Assembly: GCA_963696385.1 (NCBI GenBank)
Contig: CAVOKF010000007.1
Location: forward strand, 480,001 to 544,000
From: an uncultured delta proteobacterium
Lineage (GTDB): Bacteria > Myxococcota_A > Polyangia > Polyangiales > Polyangiaceae
Direction: 5' to 3'
Length of the DNA: 64,000 nt
A program made the position numbers and the translations under genes. Every line of letters begins with the position of its first letter. Position 1 is the first letter of the stretch. Under the pieces are notes generated by a model, which was given only the letters and a program-made list of their open reading frames with translations, searched no databases and was not told the origin of the DNA. Shown piece after piece: positions 1-8,534 of the stretch.

Positions 1-588
1 CCGGGGAAGTCGATGGGAGGCCAGGCCGCAGTCGGGCATGGCTCGCGATGCGCACGCCTCGCGAAGTCTTCGAGTAGATTGGCCGGCCTCACTTTTTCCC
101 GTACGGCAACATGTGCCGACCGCCGTTGGGCCGAGCACGCATGGAAGGATGGCGACTCCCGAGCGGAGGTCCCGAATCGGTGCCGCGATGAACACGAATC
201 CGTCCAGTCACATGGCTGGCCGAAGGAGACGTCTGTCTTGAAGCCCAACTGCACGTTGAGTCTCGTCCCCTCGCGCGAGGGCGTTCTCGCTCGCTGCTCG
301 GAAAAAAACGCCTCGCCGCACTTGACGGTCAACATGGAAGCCCGTTCAAAGCCTGCGGGTCGGCGTGCCTCTTGCAGTGCCCTTGCTCCCGCCTTGGCCG
401 GTCGGCCCTTCCCCACTCGGACGACTACGTGAGGTTCTCCATGGACTTCCTCGTCACCCAGGCTTCGCCTGGCGCACCTGGAAGCGCCGTCCCAATTGAA
501 CGTTTTGGATACAGGTCGTGAGTCGTGCCGGTCGAGCGAAGTCCGCTGCTGGGCTGTGGCCGCTCTCTCGGCTAAGCTCGGAAGCGCC

Positions 589-1251
589 ATGGAGATCGCG
601 CGCCGAGCGATCGCTCTCTGCGCCGTCGCGCTCGGGCGCTTTGCGATTTCCTGCTCGACGGGCGACGCAGGTTCCGGCGGCCATGAAGGCGGCGTTGACT
701 CCCGTGCCGGAGAGCCGATCGACTCCACCGCACAAGAGCTCTCCGACGACCACGCATCCGCATCGACCGACGTCGGCACGGTCGGACCTTTCGATGCCCC
801 TTCGGTCGATTCGTCGCAGTGCACGGCCCAACTCGAAGAAGCCGGCGTGTGCAACGACCTGACGCTCTCAAGTTCGGCGGTCACCCCGACGTGCGTGGCC
901 GGCGAGGCGCCGACGGCCCAAGGCGGCAGCATTTCCGACGGCACCTATGTGCTGCAATCCGTCGTGCTGTACGGCGGATGCCCGGCCGAAGGAACTTTTA
1001 TCACCACGTGGAGCATTTGCGGCAGCGCGTGGCAGGTTGCCGAAACCGCCAGTTCGGAAGCCGGCAGCTCCACGTTGCGCGTCGACTTCACGGCGGACGT
1101 GGGCGCCACGTCGGTCACGCTGACGCCGACGTGCCTCGCCGACGTGAACGAGCCTACGAGCGTGCGCGGTTACACGGTGTTCGGCGAGCAGCTTTTGTCT
1201 CTGCAGACCATCGAGGGCGCCACGTCCGTGGGCATCTACCAGAGGCAATAG
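589..1251 (+). CDS. Hypothetical exported/lipoprotein
   Basis: ATG at 589 inside ORF 496..1251; hydrophobic N-terminus ending in ISC (lipobox-like), low-complexity DAG/S linker, Cys-containing beta-rich C-terminal domain. Confidence 0.6.
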   Translation: MEIARRAIALCAVALGRFAISCSTGDAGSGGHEGGVDSRAGEPIDSTAQELSDDHASASTDVGTVGPFDAPSVDSSQCTAQLEEAGVCNDLTLSSSAVTPTCVAGEAPTAQGGSISDGTYVLQSVVLYGGCPAEGTFITTWSICGSAWQVAETASSEAGSSTLRVDFTADVGATSVTLTPTCLADVNEPTSVRGYTVFGEQLLSLQTIEGATSVGIYQRQ

Positions 1252-2174
1252 GTCTTGGGTGCTCAGTCGGGACGCGCGGCCACGGTGCTCGCGCTTCGCC
1301 TGGATCCCAGCGCTACAGACGCGGCAAGCGCAACACGAAGTGGTTCGTGTGCTTGCACCCCCCCCGATCGTGCATCGCACTTCGAATCGACCACGCGCGC
1401 ATCGTTCGCCTGCCGATGCTGAGTTGCGGCGTGCGCTCGCGCAAGCTGTGAGCCGGCGCTCAAATTCTAACGCGATCCTCCTGCACAGCCTCAAGCTGGA
1501 ACAGGCTCTGACACTCGCGTGACTACGCGTCGGCTGCGAGTACGCGGTCGATCCCAGACTTGCCAGGCCACCCCGACCCCGACCCAATACTTTCACCGCC
1601 GCCGGGGGAGTCGTCGGGGTTGGCTCTTGAGCCCGTGCGGATTCGGAAAAGAGGGGGAGCGATGCTGCAACAATAAGGAGGGAGCGACCCGCGAACAATA
1701 ATGGCATATGGCAAATAAATCAGGGGTGTGGGTTTGTATGTTTTGAGATTCCCCCGACAAAAGTAGTTTCGGATCCGGAAAGACCCTACCAGGAGCTGCG
1801 GGTGCGTGCGGCGAGAAATATTATAAAATCTCTGCTCCAAACAATGCGTCGGAGACACCGAAACGATGGAGACATTCGCGTGAAACTGCCCGGTGCTCCC
1901 CCTTCGGGATCCGGACCGATTGCCAAGATGCCCGATCCGTCGCGCGTTTATCTGCGACTGGAAGCCCTTTACAACCATGGATTGCCAAGAAGGAATTCCT
2001 GACTGCCCAAAGATCGCGGAAACTTCCTTCTCACCTCCTTTTCGGATCGAACGTGGCGCGGAAGCGCGTGGCAAGTCGCCGAAGACATGCCCTACCCCCG
2101 CTCGATACGTTCCTTACTTCCTGTAAGGCAAGACGCAGTCCTTGCGCAACCTTCGTCGTCTCAGTGCCGTTCGC

Positions 2175-2612
2175 TCAGCTTCGGCTGCTTGGACACATGG
2201 CGCGGGCGAGGACCAGGGCGTCCGACAGCGGGATCTCGAAGACGCCACGGCGGGCGAGCCGGCCCCACGCACGATCGCGCGCGAAGGTCAGCTGGCCTTT
2301 CAGGTCGACGAAGGGAACCTCTCGCGCGCGTTCGTAAGCGACCGCGCGGCGAAAGGGCACGAAGCCGCCGCCCATGTCGACTGGCGCGGCGGCCTCGCCC
2401 ACGACGCGGCCGATGGCCGTGAACGCACGCAACGGCGCGCCGTCGGCCATGGCGGCCCGGGGCGAGTAGTAGACAAGCCAGTCGCCGACTCCGATGCGCG
2501 CGAGCGGTCCACGCTTGCCGTGACAGAGCTGTGCGAAACCGCCTTCCACTCCGAGCCGCACGTGGGCGCGCGACACGACGCCCACCCAGGCCCGCTGCAC
2601 GGCGCCGTTCAC
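2175..2612 (-). CDS. EVE domain-containing protein (PUA-like)
   Basis: WVGVVSRAHV..GVEGGFAQLCHGK..PL.R...GDWLVYYSP is typical of EVE/UPF0310; GTG start overlaps the upstream TGA (GTGA). Confidence 0.85.
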   Translation of the reverse strand: MNGAVQRAWVGVVSRAHVRLGVEGGFAQLCHGKRGPLARIGVGDWLVYYSPRAAMADGAPLRAFTAIGRVVGEAAAPVDMGGGFVPFRRAVAYERAREVPFVDLKGQLTFARDRAWGRLARRGVFEIPLSDALVLARAMCPSSRS

Positions 2613-3028
2613 GAAGCCGCCTCGGCGTATCGAACCAGCGACTGCGTCTGCGTCGCGGCGCCTGCCGCCTGCTTGCGCGCGACCACGCGATCCCACAGGA
2701 AGGCGAGCAAACCGGTGATCTCGATGACCAGCCGCAGGCGGGTGCCCCCGGCGACGACCTCCATCTCGTGTGCCGTTCGCATCTTCGCGAGCGCCAGATG
2801 CGACACATCGACGAACCGGCGAAACGGCTCCGCCGCCTCGACCGTCATCGCCACGGCGGGCGCGCCCTTCGGCTTGAGGGTGAACCGGGCGCCGGCTGCG
2901 ATCGGCTCGGGCGCGTCGATGGACTCGATGTCCGAGTCCCAGGCCGGCCACGAGGCCACGTCGATGAGGGCGCGGTAGAGCTTGTCCGGCGCGATGGGGA
3001 CGACAGTCTCGTAAGTGTATCTCTTCAT
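2609..3028 (-). CDS. SRPBCC/polyketide-cyclase-like protein
   Basis: 139 aa; DVASWPAWDSDIE and G.RF.LKPKG pattern; GGAGG RBS upstream; coupled to the EVE gene. Confidence 0.8.
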   Translation of the reverse strand: MKRYTYETVVPIAPDKLYRALIDVASWPAWDSDIESIDAPEPIAAGARFTLKPKGAPAVAMTVEAAEPFRRFVDVSHLALAKMRTAHEMEVVAGGTRLRLVIEITGLLAFLWDRVVARKQAAGAATQTQSLVRYAEAAS

Positions 3029-3058
3029 GGGTCAACCTCCGAGAGCAGACCTTACGAG

Positions 3059-3114
3059 GCGGCACTGACAGATCCTGTCAGGAGCGTGGGTCGCCGACCA
3101 CCGGCTCGGGGATG
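3059..3114. repeat. Left copy of 56-bp imperfect inverted repeat (partner 3990-4045)
   Basis: Manual alignment of the reverse complement to 3990-4045 gives 50/56 identity. Confidence 0.9.
3065..3081. promoter_or_regulatory. Palindromic operator CTGACA-N5-TGTCAG, probable WYL/YafY-family site
   Basis: Perfect 6-bp inverted repeat about 40 bp upstream of the SRPBCC start; degenerate second copy at 4023-4039 over the WYL stop codon. Confidence 0.6.
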
Positions 3115-3321
3115 CGGCAAGAGCCGTGCTTATGGGCCCCTATAAGGGGCACGGCGCGGACGCGCGGACCGATCCCGCTCGACGTGGTCGGCGGGCTATC
3201 CGACCCGAACGCCGCGCGCGCGAAAGGAACCGGCGCAAGGCCGCCCGCCAGGCGTGGAAGAAGAGTCGTAAGGCGGACCGCAACAGACGACTGCCGTTGC
3301 TGTACGCTTCGCTCCGCGTCC

Positions 3322-4026
3322 GTGTCGCGTTCCAGTCGACTCCTCCAGCTTCTGCAGGTCCTGCGCCGCCGACGTAGCCCCGTGCGTGCCGAGGCCATCG
3401 CCGGCGAGCTCGGCGTGTCGGTGCGCTCGATCTATCGCGACGTCGCGACCCTCCGCACACAAGGAGCCTCGATCGATGGCGAGGCCGGCGTGGGATATAT
3501 CCTGCGTCCGGGATTCCTGCTGCCGCCGCTCATGTTCTCCGAGGACGAGATCGAGGCGCTCGTCCTCGGCCTACGCCTCGCCCACGAGGACGGTGACCCG
3601 ACTCTCGCGAAGGCGGCCGTCGAAGCCGACGCAAAGATCCGCGCCGTGCTGCCCGCGCAACTCCTCGCCGACGCCGCACCGCTCCTCGCAGGTCCGCGGC
3701 CGGCCCGCGCGCCCGATCGGATCGACCTCGCGCAAGTGCGGCGCGACATCCGCGCAGAGCGCAAGGTCTCCATCGACTACCTGGATCTGAGCGGCGCGGC
3801 GACGACCCGGATCGTCTGGCCTTTCGCGCTGGCCTTCTTCGAGCGCGCCCGTGTGATCCTCGCCTGGTGCGAGGACCGCCAGGACTATCGCTCGTTTCGC
3901 GCCGACCGCGTCGGCGCCTGGCGAGCGCTCGCCGATCGCGCGCCGCGCACGCGCGCCGCTCTTCTTCGGGAGTGGCGCGAGAAGAACGCCATTCCCGAGC
4001 CGGAGGTCGGCGGCCCACGCTCCTGA
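3322..4026 (+). CDS. YafY-family HTH-WYL-WCX transcriptional regulator
   Basis: SRSSRLLQLLQVL...LGVSVRSIYRD (HTH_11), GEAGVGY, LPPLMF, AWCEDRQDYRSFRADR (WYL); GTG start at 3322. Confidence 0.92.
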   Translation: MSRSSRLLQLLQVLRRRRSPVRAEAIAGELGVSVRSIYRDVATLRTQGASIDGEAGVGYILRPGFLLPPLMFSEDEIEALVLGLRLAHEDGDPTLAKAAVEADAKIRAVLPAQLLADAAPLLAGPRPARAPDRIDLAQVRRDIRAERKVSIDYLDLSGAATTRIVWPFALAFFERARVILAWCEDRQDYRSFRADRVGAWRALADRAPRTRAALLREWREKNAIPEPEVGGPRS

Positions 4027-4045
4027 CACGGTCTGTCCGTGCCGC
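3990..4045. repeat. Right copy of 56-bp imperfect inverted repeat (partner 3059-3114)
   Basis: Covers the last codons and stop of the WYL gene plus the degenerate operator. Confidence 0.9.
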
Positions 4046-4097
4046 GCGCCCGACGCCATGGCACGTCACGGCTGGGTCACACAACGCCGACGTTCGC

Positions 4098-5366
4098 TCA
4101 ACGGTCTGCGTCGATCCGTCCCGGCGGATGAGGCTCCGCCGGGTCCGGAATCCACGCACCGTGAAGACCGATGGGCACGCGGCAAGGAAGCCGGATCGTC
4201 GCGACCGGATCGCCTTCGAAACGGCTGGCGTCGAGGATCACGAGATCGCCCGCCTCCCGGGCGCGGTCGTACACGAAGGTGATGGCCCAGGCTTCGTCCT
4301 CGTCGATGGCCCCGGCGCGCGGCGCAAGGGCGCATTCGCCAGGCATGCGCGCCGGTCCGAAATCGTGTGCGCACGAAGTTCCGGTGGCGACGTCGTACTT
4401 CCTCAAGACCGCGCGCTGCCAGGTGCCCGTGCCCCAGTCCGAGAGCTCCACCGCGTACCCGTGCCGATAGGGCCTTCCCTCGCGCGAGGGGTGGACCCGG
4501 GGAAAGTCAACGAACCGAGCATCGAGCACGTTCTCGGTGACGCGACCGGTGCGCAGATCCAGCGCATACCGGTAGAGTTCGCATGCGGTCATCAGCCGTG
4601 GCGCACGGACTACGTCCAGGACCACATGAGTTCCGTCCTCGTACGCGTTTAGGCAATGCGAGATGAAACCAGGCTGCACATCGAACCAGGCGACGTCTTC
4701 GTCCCGACCGTCACGGCCAAGGACGCCGATGCGCGAGCGGTAGTCGTCCGACCAGCGAAGCGGCTGCGGCGAGCCCCAGTCCTCGACCAGCACCGGCAGG
4801 TCCCAGAACACGACGTATCGATCCGTGATGCCCATATCGTGCATGTACGTCGCAGCGGGCACGCGTATCGGCGCCCGGTGGACAATGCGACCCTCGGCGT
4901 CCGCGCGGTAGTACGTTACGTGCGGGATCTCTCGCCCGTATGAAAGGAAGAGGAGCTCGCCCGTGGTCGGGCACTTCTTTGGGTGGGCGATCATGGATCG
5001 CTGCAGCCCCCCGGCGAAGTCGAAGCGACCCACCGTCTCGAGCTCTGCATCGATCTCGACGGGAAGCTGCGCTTCGGCGAGCGCGAGGATGCGGCCCGCG
5101 TGCGACACAACGCTCGTGTTGGGCCCGCGCTTGCGCATCCAGCGGCTCCGGTACCACCTCGCGCGCCCGGCCTCGAGCCGTACGCCGTGGAGCATGCCCT
5201 CGCCTGCAAACCACGCAGGCGAGGTGCCGCTGCGTGGATTCGGCCCGTTTCGGACGTACGTACCGCACAGGTCGCGAGGGATCTCGCCGATGACCGCCAG
5301 ATCGTGCAGTGTGCGCTCCTCCAGCACCGGCGCATAGGCGCCCGTCAGATGAAACGGTTTCATCAA
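4098..5366 (-). CDS. Carotenoid oxygenase / lignostilbene dioxygenase family (RPE65-like)
   Basis: L.GTYVRNGPNP, F.GEGMLH, AHPK, YMHD, SHCLNAYE, RVPIGLHGAW: the four Fe-binding His motifs. Confidence 0.9.
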   Translation of the reverse strand: MMKPFHLTGAYAPVLEERTLHDLAVIGEIPRDLCGTYVRNGPNPRSGTSPAWFAGEGMLHGVRLEAGRARWYRSRWMRKRGPNTSVVSHAGRILALAEAQLPVEIDAELETVGRFDFAGGLQRSMIAHPKKCPTTGELLFLSYGREIPHVTYYRADAEGRIVHRAPIRVPAATYMHDMGITDRYVVFWDLPVLVEDWGSPQPLRWSDDYRSRIGVLGRDGRDEDVAWFDVQPGFISHCLNAYEDGTHVVLDVVRAPRLMTACELYRYALDLRTGRVTENVLDARFVDFPRVHPSREGRPYRHGYAVELSDWGTGTWQRAVLRKYDVATGTSCAHDFGPARMPGECALAPRAGAIDEDEAWAITFVYDRAREAGDLVILDASRFEGDPVATIRLPCRVPIGLHGAWIPDPAEPHPPGRIDADR

Positions 5367-5414
5367 TCTCCCATCGCCAATGTATGCGATGTAAATGCGA
5401 TGTATACTTTGAGG

Positions 5415-5521
5415 TCGTCCACGCTGCTCGTCGAAGGGCAGCTCGGTCGATTCGACCGGCCCGCGGAGGCCGCGAAGCTCGTCTCGGGCCTGCTCTTCGA
5501 AGGATTGCTCTGTCGGACTGA
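5415..5521 (+). pseudogene. Probable C-terminal remnant of a TetR (WHG-type) regulator
   Basis: Reads STLLVEGQLGRFDRPAEAAKLVSGLLFEGL, like TetR C-terminal helices; no HTH; directly follows an AT-rich repeat divergent from the oxygenase. Confidence 0.4.
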
Positions 5522-5677
5522 GTGGTCGGGAATGGAAAGCCGTCGTTGCCCGTCGGCGGATCGGCCAGTCGCAGGTGGCGCAATCTGGCTCAGGAGCATC
5601 GCGGGGAAGTGTGGGACTCGATTGGAGCGGGCAACGGCCCAGAGTTTGCTACCGTCTTGAAGCTGGAAGCTATCCGC

Positions 5678-6562
5678 ATGCGGGCATGGTCGAAGATCTT
5701 GAGAGTGGCCCTCGTGTCGTTGCTGTCCGCCGTGACCGCCGGCTGCGGAGGCCAATCGCTGTCCGATCCGGCGGAATCGCACAACGCGCAGCCCGCGGCC
5801 GGATTGGAGGGCTCGGGCGGGGACACGACGGAGGGGATCGCAGGCAGCGGCGCGTCGCCCGAAGCGGATGCGAGCGGGGTCGCGGTGAGCACCCCCGGCA
5901 CGGTCACGGGTGTCGGCTCGTGTTCGGGCGGCGGCAGTGCCGCGCCGTGCCTCATCGACGGCGCAAGTCCTGGGACTCCCATGACGTGTCCCAGCAATCA
6001 GTGCAACGTGCTCGGCTCCACGGGACCGGAGATCGCGATCACCGACGCCTGGGAGGGCGGGGCCTCCTCGGCGATGCTTGCCGGGGACCAGGCGTGCATG
6101 TCAGGCGAGACCGCCGCGTGGAGCAGCCAGACATGGGGAGCGATGCTTACGTTCAACTTGGGCCCAGAGGTCGACTCGACCGGCGACGCGGGCGTCCCTG
6201 GCTTGCCCGCCGCGATTGCGGCCCCCGTGCAGCTCACCGGATCGGGCGTCGACGTGCAGATTTCCCTCTCGAGCGGCCAGACCCCGACGGTACAGCAGGT
6301 CCTGCTCGTCGTCTTCGTGGCGGGCGCTGACGCGGGCACGTGGTACGCGGACGAATACTGCACGCAGCTCCCCGCGGCTGATGGACGACTGGTTTATGTA
6401 CCGTGGACGGCGCTCACGTACCAGTGCTGGCAGCCGGGCAACCCGGCACTGGCCGGGCCGCCTCAAACGGGAGTGGTGGGCGTTCAGGTGAGCGCCGTGT
6501 ATGAATCGACGGTGGCGGCCACGTACAACCTCTGCGTCGATCAGCTTTCGATCGCCCCCTGA
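5678..6562 (+). CDS. Lipoprotein with possible carbohydrate-binding C-terminal domain
   Basis: MRAWSKILRVALVSLLSAVTAGC lipobox; G/S linker; C-terminal VPWTALTYQCW...YNLCVDQL beta-sandwich-like domain. Confidence 0.65.
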   Translation: MRAWSKILRVALVSLLSAVTAGCGGQSLSDPAESHNAQPAAGLEGSGGDTTEGIAGSGASPEADASGVAVSTPGTVTGVGSCSGGGSAAPCLIDGASPGTPMTCPSNQCNVLGSTGPEIAITDAWEGGASSAMLAGDQACMSGETAAWSSQTWGAMLTFNLGPEVDSTGDAGVPGLPAAIAAPVQLTGSGVDVQISLSSGQTPTVQQVLLVVFVAGADAGTWYADEYCTQLPAADGRLVYVPWTALTYQCWQPGNPALAGPPQTGVVGVQVSAVYESTVAATYNLCVDQLSIAP

Positions 6563-6686
6563 TCCCATCGGCGTGCTCACCGAGCGCGAGCTCCACATCC
6601 GCGACGGGCGCTTTCTCCGACGGCGCGGTCGGGGGCTTCGTGGGGCGGTACCCTCGCGCAAGCCCGCCGCGTGATACAACGCGCAG

Positions 6687-8531
6687 GTGACCGAGATCCT
6701 CTGGGACGGAAAGTACCGCGACCACGCGAGGATCGCGCCGGTCCGAATCGAGCTGCCGTTCCAGACCGTGGAGACGGTCAACAGCGCTCGCGATCGTGCG
6801 CGCACCCTTGAGCTCTTCGCTTCGGGCGGGTCCACGGAGTGGCGGAACCGGCTGATCTGGGGCGACAAGAAGTACGTTCTGCCCAGCTTACGCGCCGAGT
6901 TTTCTGCCAAGATCGACCTCATCTACATCGACCCGCCGTTCGACACGGGCGCCGACTTCTCGGTTACCGCCGACGTTCCGGAAACCGACCAGCTGCTGCC
7001 GAAGCGGCCGTCGATCATGGAGATGAAGGCGTACCGAGACACCTGGGGAGTGACGCCTGACGAGCGAGCTCGGGGCGTCACGTCGAAGGACAAGTACCTG
7101 CGCTGGTTCTCCGACGCAGCGTTTCTCCTCCGCGACCTTCTCGCCGACGCCGGCCTGCTCTTTGTTCACCTCGACGACAACATCGGACACGAGGCGAAGG
7201 TGGTCCTCGACGAAGTCTTCGGACCCGAGCGGTTCCGCGGAGAGATCGTCTGGCAGCTCGGTACGGGCGCGAAGAGCCGCAAGTTCTTCTCGATCCAGCA
7301 CAACATCATCCTCGTCTACTCGGGTGGGGAAACCTGGACGTTCAATCATGAGACGAACATTGCGCGCGAGCCGTTTGCTGAGGGGAGCCTCGCGACGCAC
7401 TTTCGTCACATCGACGAAAACGGGCGACGCTATCGCGTGCGCACGGTAAACGGGAAAGACTATCGCTACTACGCCGATGAAGGTCGTTTGATCGGGAGCG
7501 TTTGGACGGACATCTCCTCCATGACCGCCAACTCTCCGATCCTCGACGAGGGCACCGGTTACCCCACTCAGAAGCCGGAAAAGCTTCTCGAGCGCATCAT
7601 CGCGGTATGCAGCAACAAGAACGACCTCGTGCTCGACTGTTTCTGCGGTTCCGGAACGACCGCCGTAGTTGCGGAGAAACTCGGTCGCCGATGGATCGCG
7701 TGCGACTTGAGCCGGTTCGCCATCCACACGACGCGAAAGCGTCTACTGGCGGTCTCCGGCGCGAAGCCGTTCGTCGTCCAGAACCTCGGCAAATACGAGC
7801 GAAGCGCCTGGGCCGCGGCAGAGTTCAAAGCGGATCACCAAGCGCGCGAGGATGCCTACCGGCGCTTCATCCTCCAATTCTTCCGGGCCGAACCGCTCTC
7901 TGGCTACGTATGGCTCCATGGGGCCAAGGCAGGCCGCTTCGTCCATGTCGGCGCCGTGGACGCGCCGGTCACGGCGTCGGATGTAAAGGGCATAGCGCGT
8001 GACGTTCTTCGCGCCGCAGGTCGAGGTGGAGGAGCGGTGGACATCCTCGGATGGGAATTCGCCTTCGAGCTGAACGAGACCGCCAAGCAGATCGCCGCGG
8101 AAGCGAAGGTCCACGTTCAGTTTCGGCGCATTCCCAGAGACGTTCTGGACAAACGAGCGGTGGAGCAAGGCGACATTCAAGAGAGAGACTTTCTTGAGTT
8201 GCGTGTCTTTTCTACGAAACAACAACAAAAGGGCCGCGAGCTGACCGTTTCTCTTACCGACTTCATGATGCCATCCGAGGACCTTCCGGAGGACATCCAG
8301 TCGCTCGTGACTCATTGGTCTCAGTGGGTCGACTACTGGGCGATCGATTGGGACTTCAGGGGCGACACGTTCCACAACCAGTGGCAGTCTTACCGCACCC
8401 GCGACCTACCGAACGTCGAGTTGTCCGCGAAGCATGTGTACAAGGAACCCGGTAGCTACGTCGTCATGGTGAAGGTCATCGACCTCTTGGGCTGCGACAC
8501 GACGACGACGATCCCCGCGAAGGTGGAGTGA
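6687..8531 (+). CDS. mod: Type III-like restriction-modification DNA methyltransferase (beta-class N6-A/N4-C)
   Basis: IDLIYIDPPF (motif IV) precedes YPTQKPEKLLERII and VLDCFCGSGTT (motif I); extended C-terminus; Res gene starts 3 bp downstream. Confidence 0.92.
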   Translation: MTEILWDGKYRDHARIAPVRIELPFQTVETVNSARDRARTLELFASGGSTEWRNRLIWGDKKYVLPSLRAEFSAKIDLIYIDPPFDTGADFSVTADVPETDQLLPKRPSIMEMKAYRDTWGVTPDERARGVTSKDKYLRWFSDAAFLLRDLLADAGLLFVHLDDNIGHEAKVVLDEVFGPERFRGEIVWQLGTGAKSRKFFSIQHNIILVYSGGETWTFNHETNIAREPFAEGSLATHFRHIDENGRRYRVRTVNGKDYRYYADEGRLIGSVWTDISSMTANSPILDEGTGYPTQKPEKLLERIIAVCSNKNDLVLDCFCGSGTTAVVAEKLGRRWIACDLSRFAIHTTRKRLLAVSGAKPFVVQNLGKYERSAWAAAEFKADHQAREDAYRRFILQFFRAEPLSGYVWLHGAKAGRFVHVGAVDAPVTASDVKGIARDVLRAAGRGGGAVDILGWEFAFELNETAKQIAAEAKVHVQFRRIPRDVLDKRAVEQGDIQERDFLELRVFSTKQQQKGRELTVSLTDFMMPSEDLPEDIQSLVTHWSQWVDYWAIDWDFRGDTFHNQWQSYRTRDLPNVELSAKHVYKEPGSYVVMVKVIDLLGCDTTTTIPAKVE

Positions 8532-8534
8532 CCC

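Noticed and set aside
1..430. Possible gene or ncRNA at the left edge, including a TTGAC-G-GTCAA palindrome near 322-332
   Set aside because: No recognisable protein or RNA motif in any frame; cannot be supported without flanking sequence
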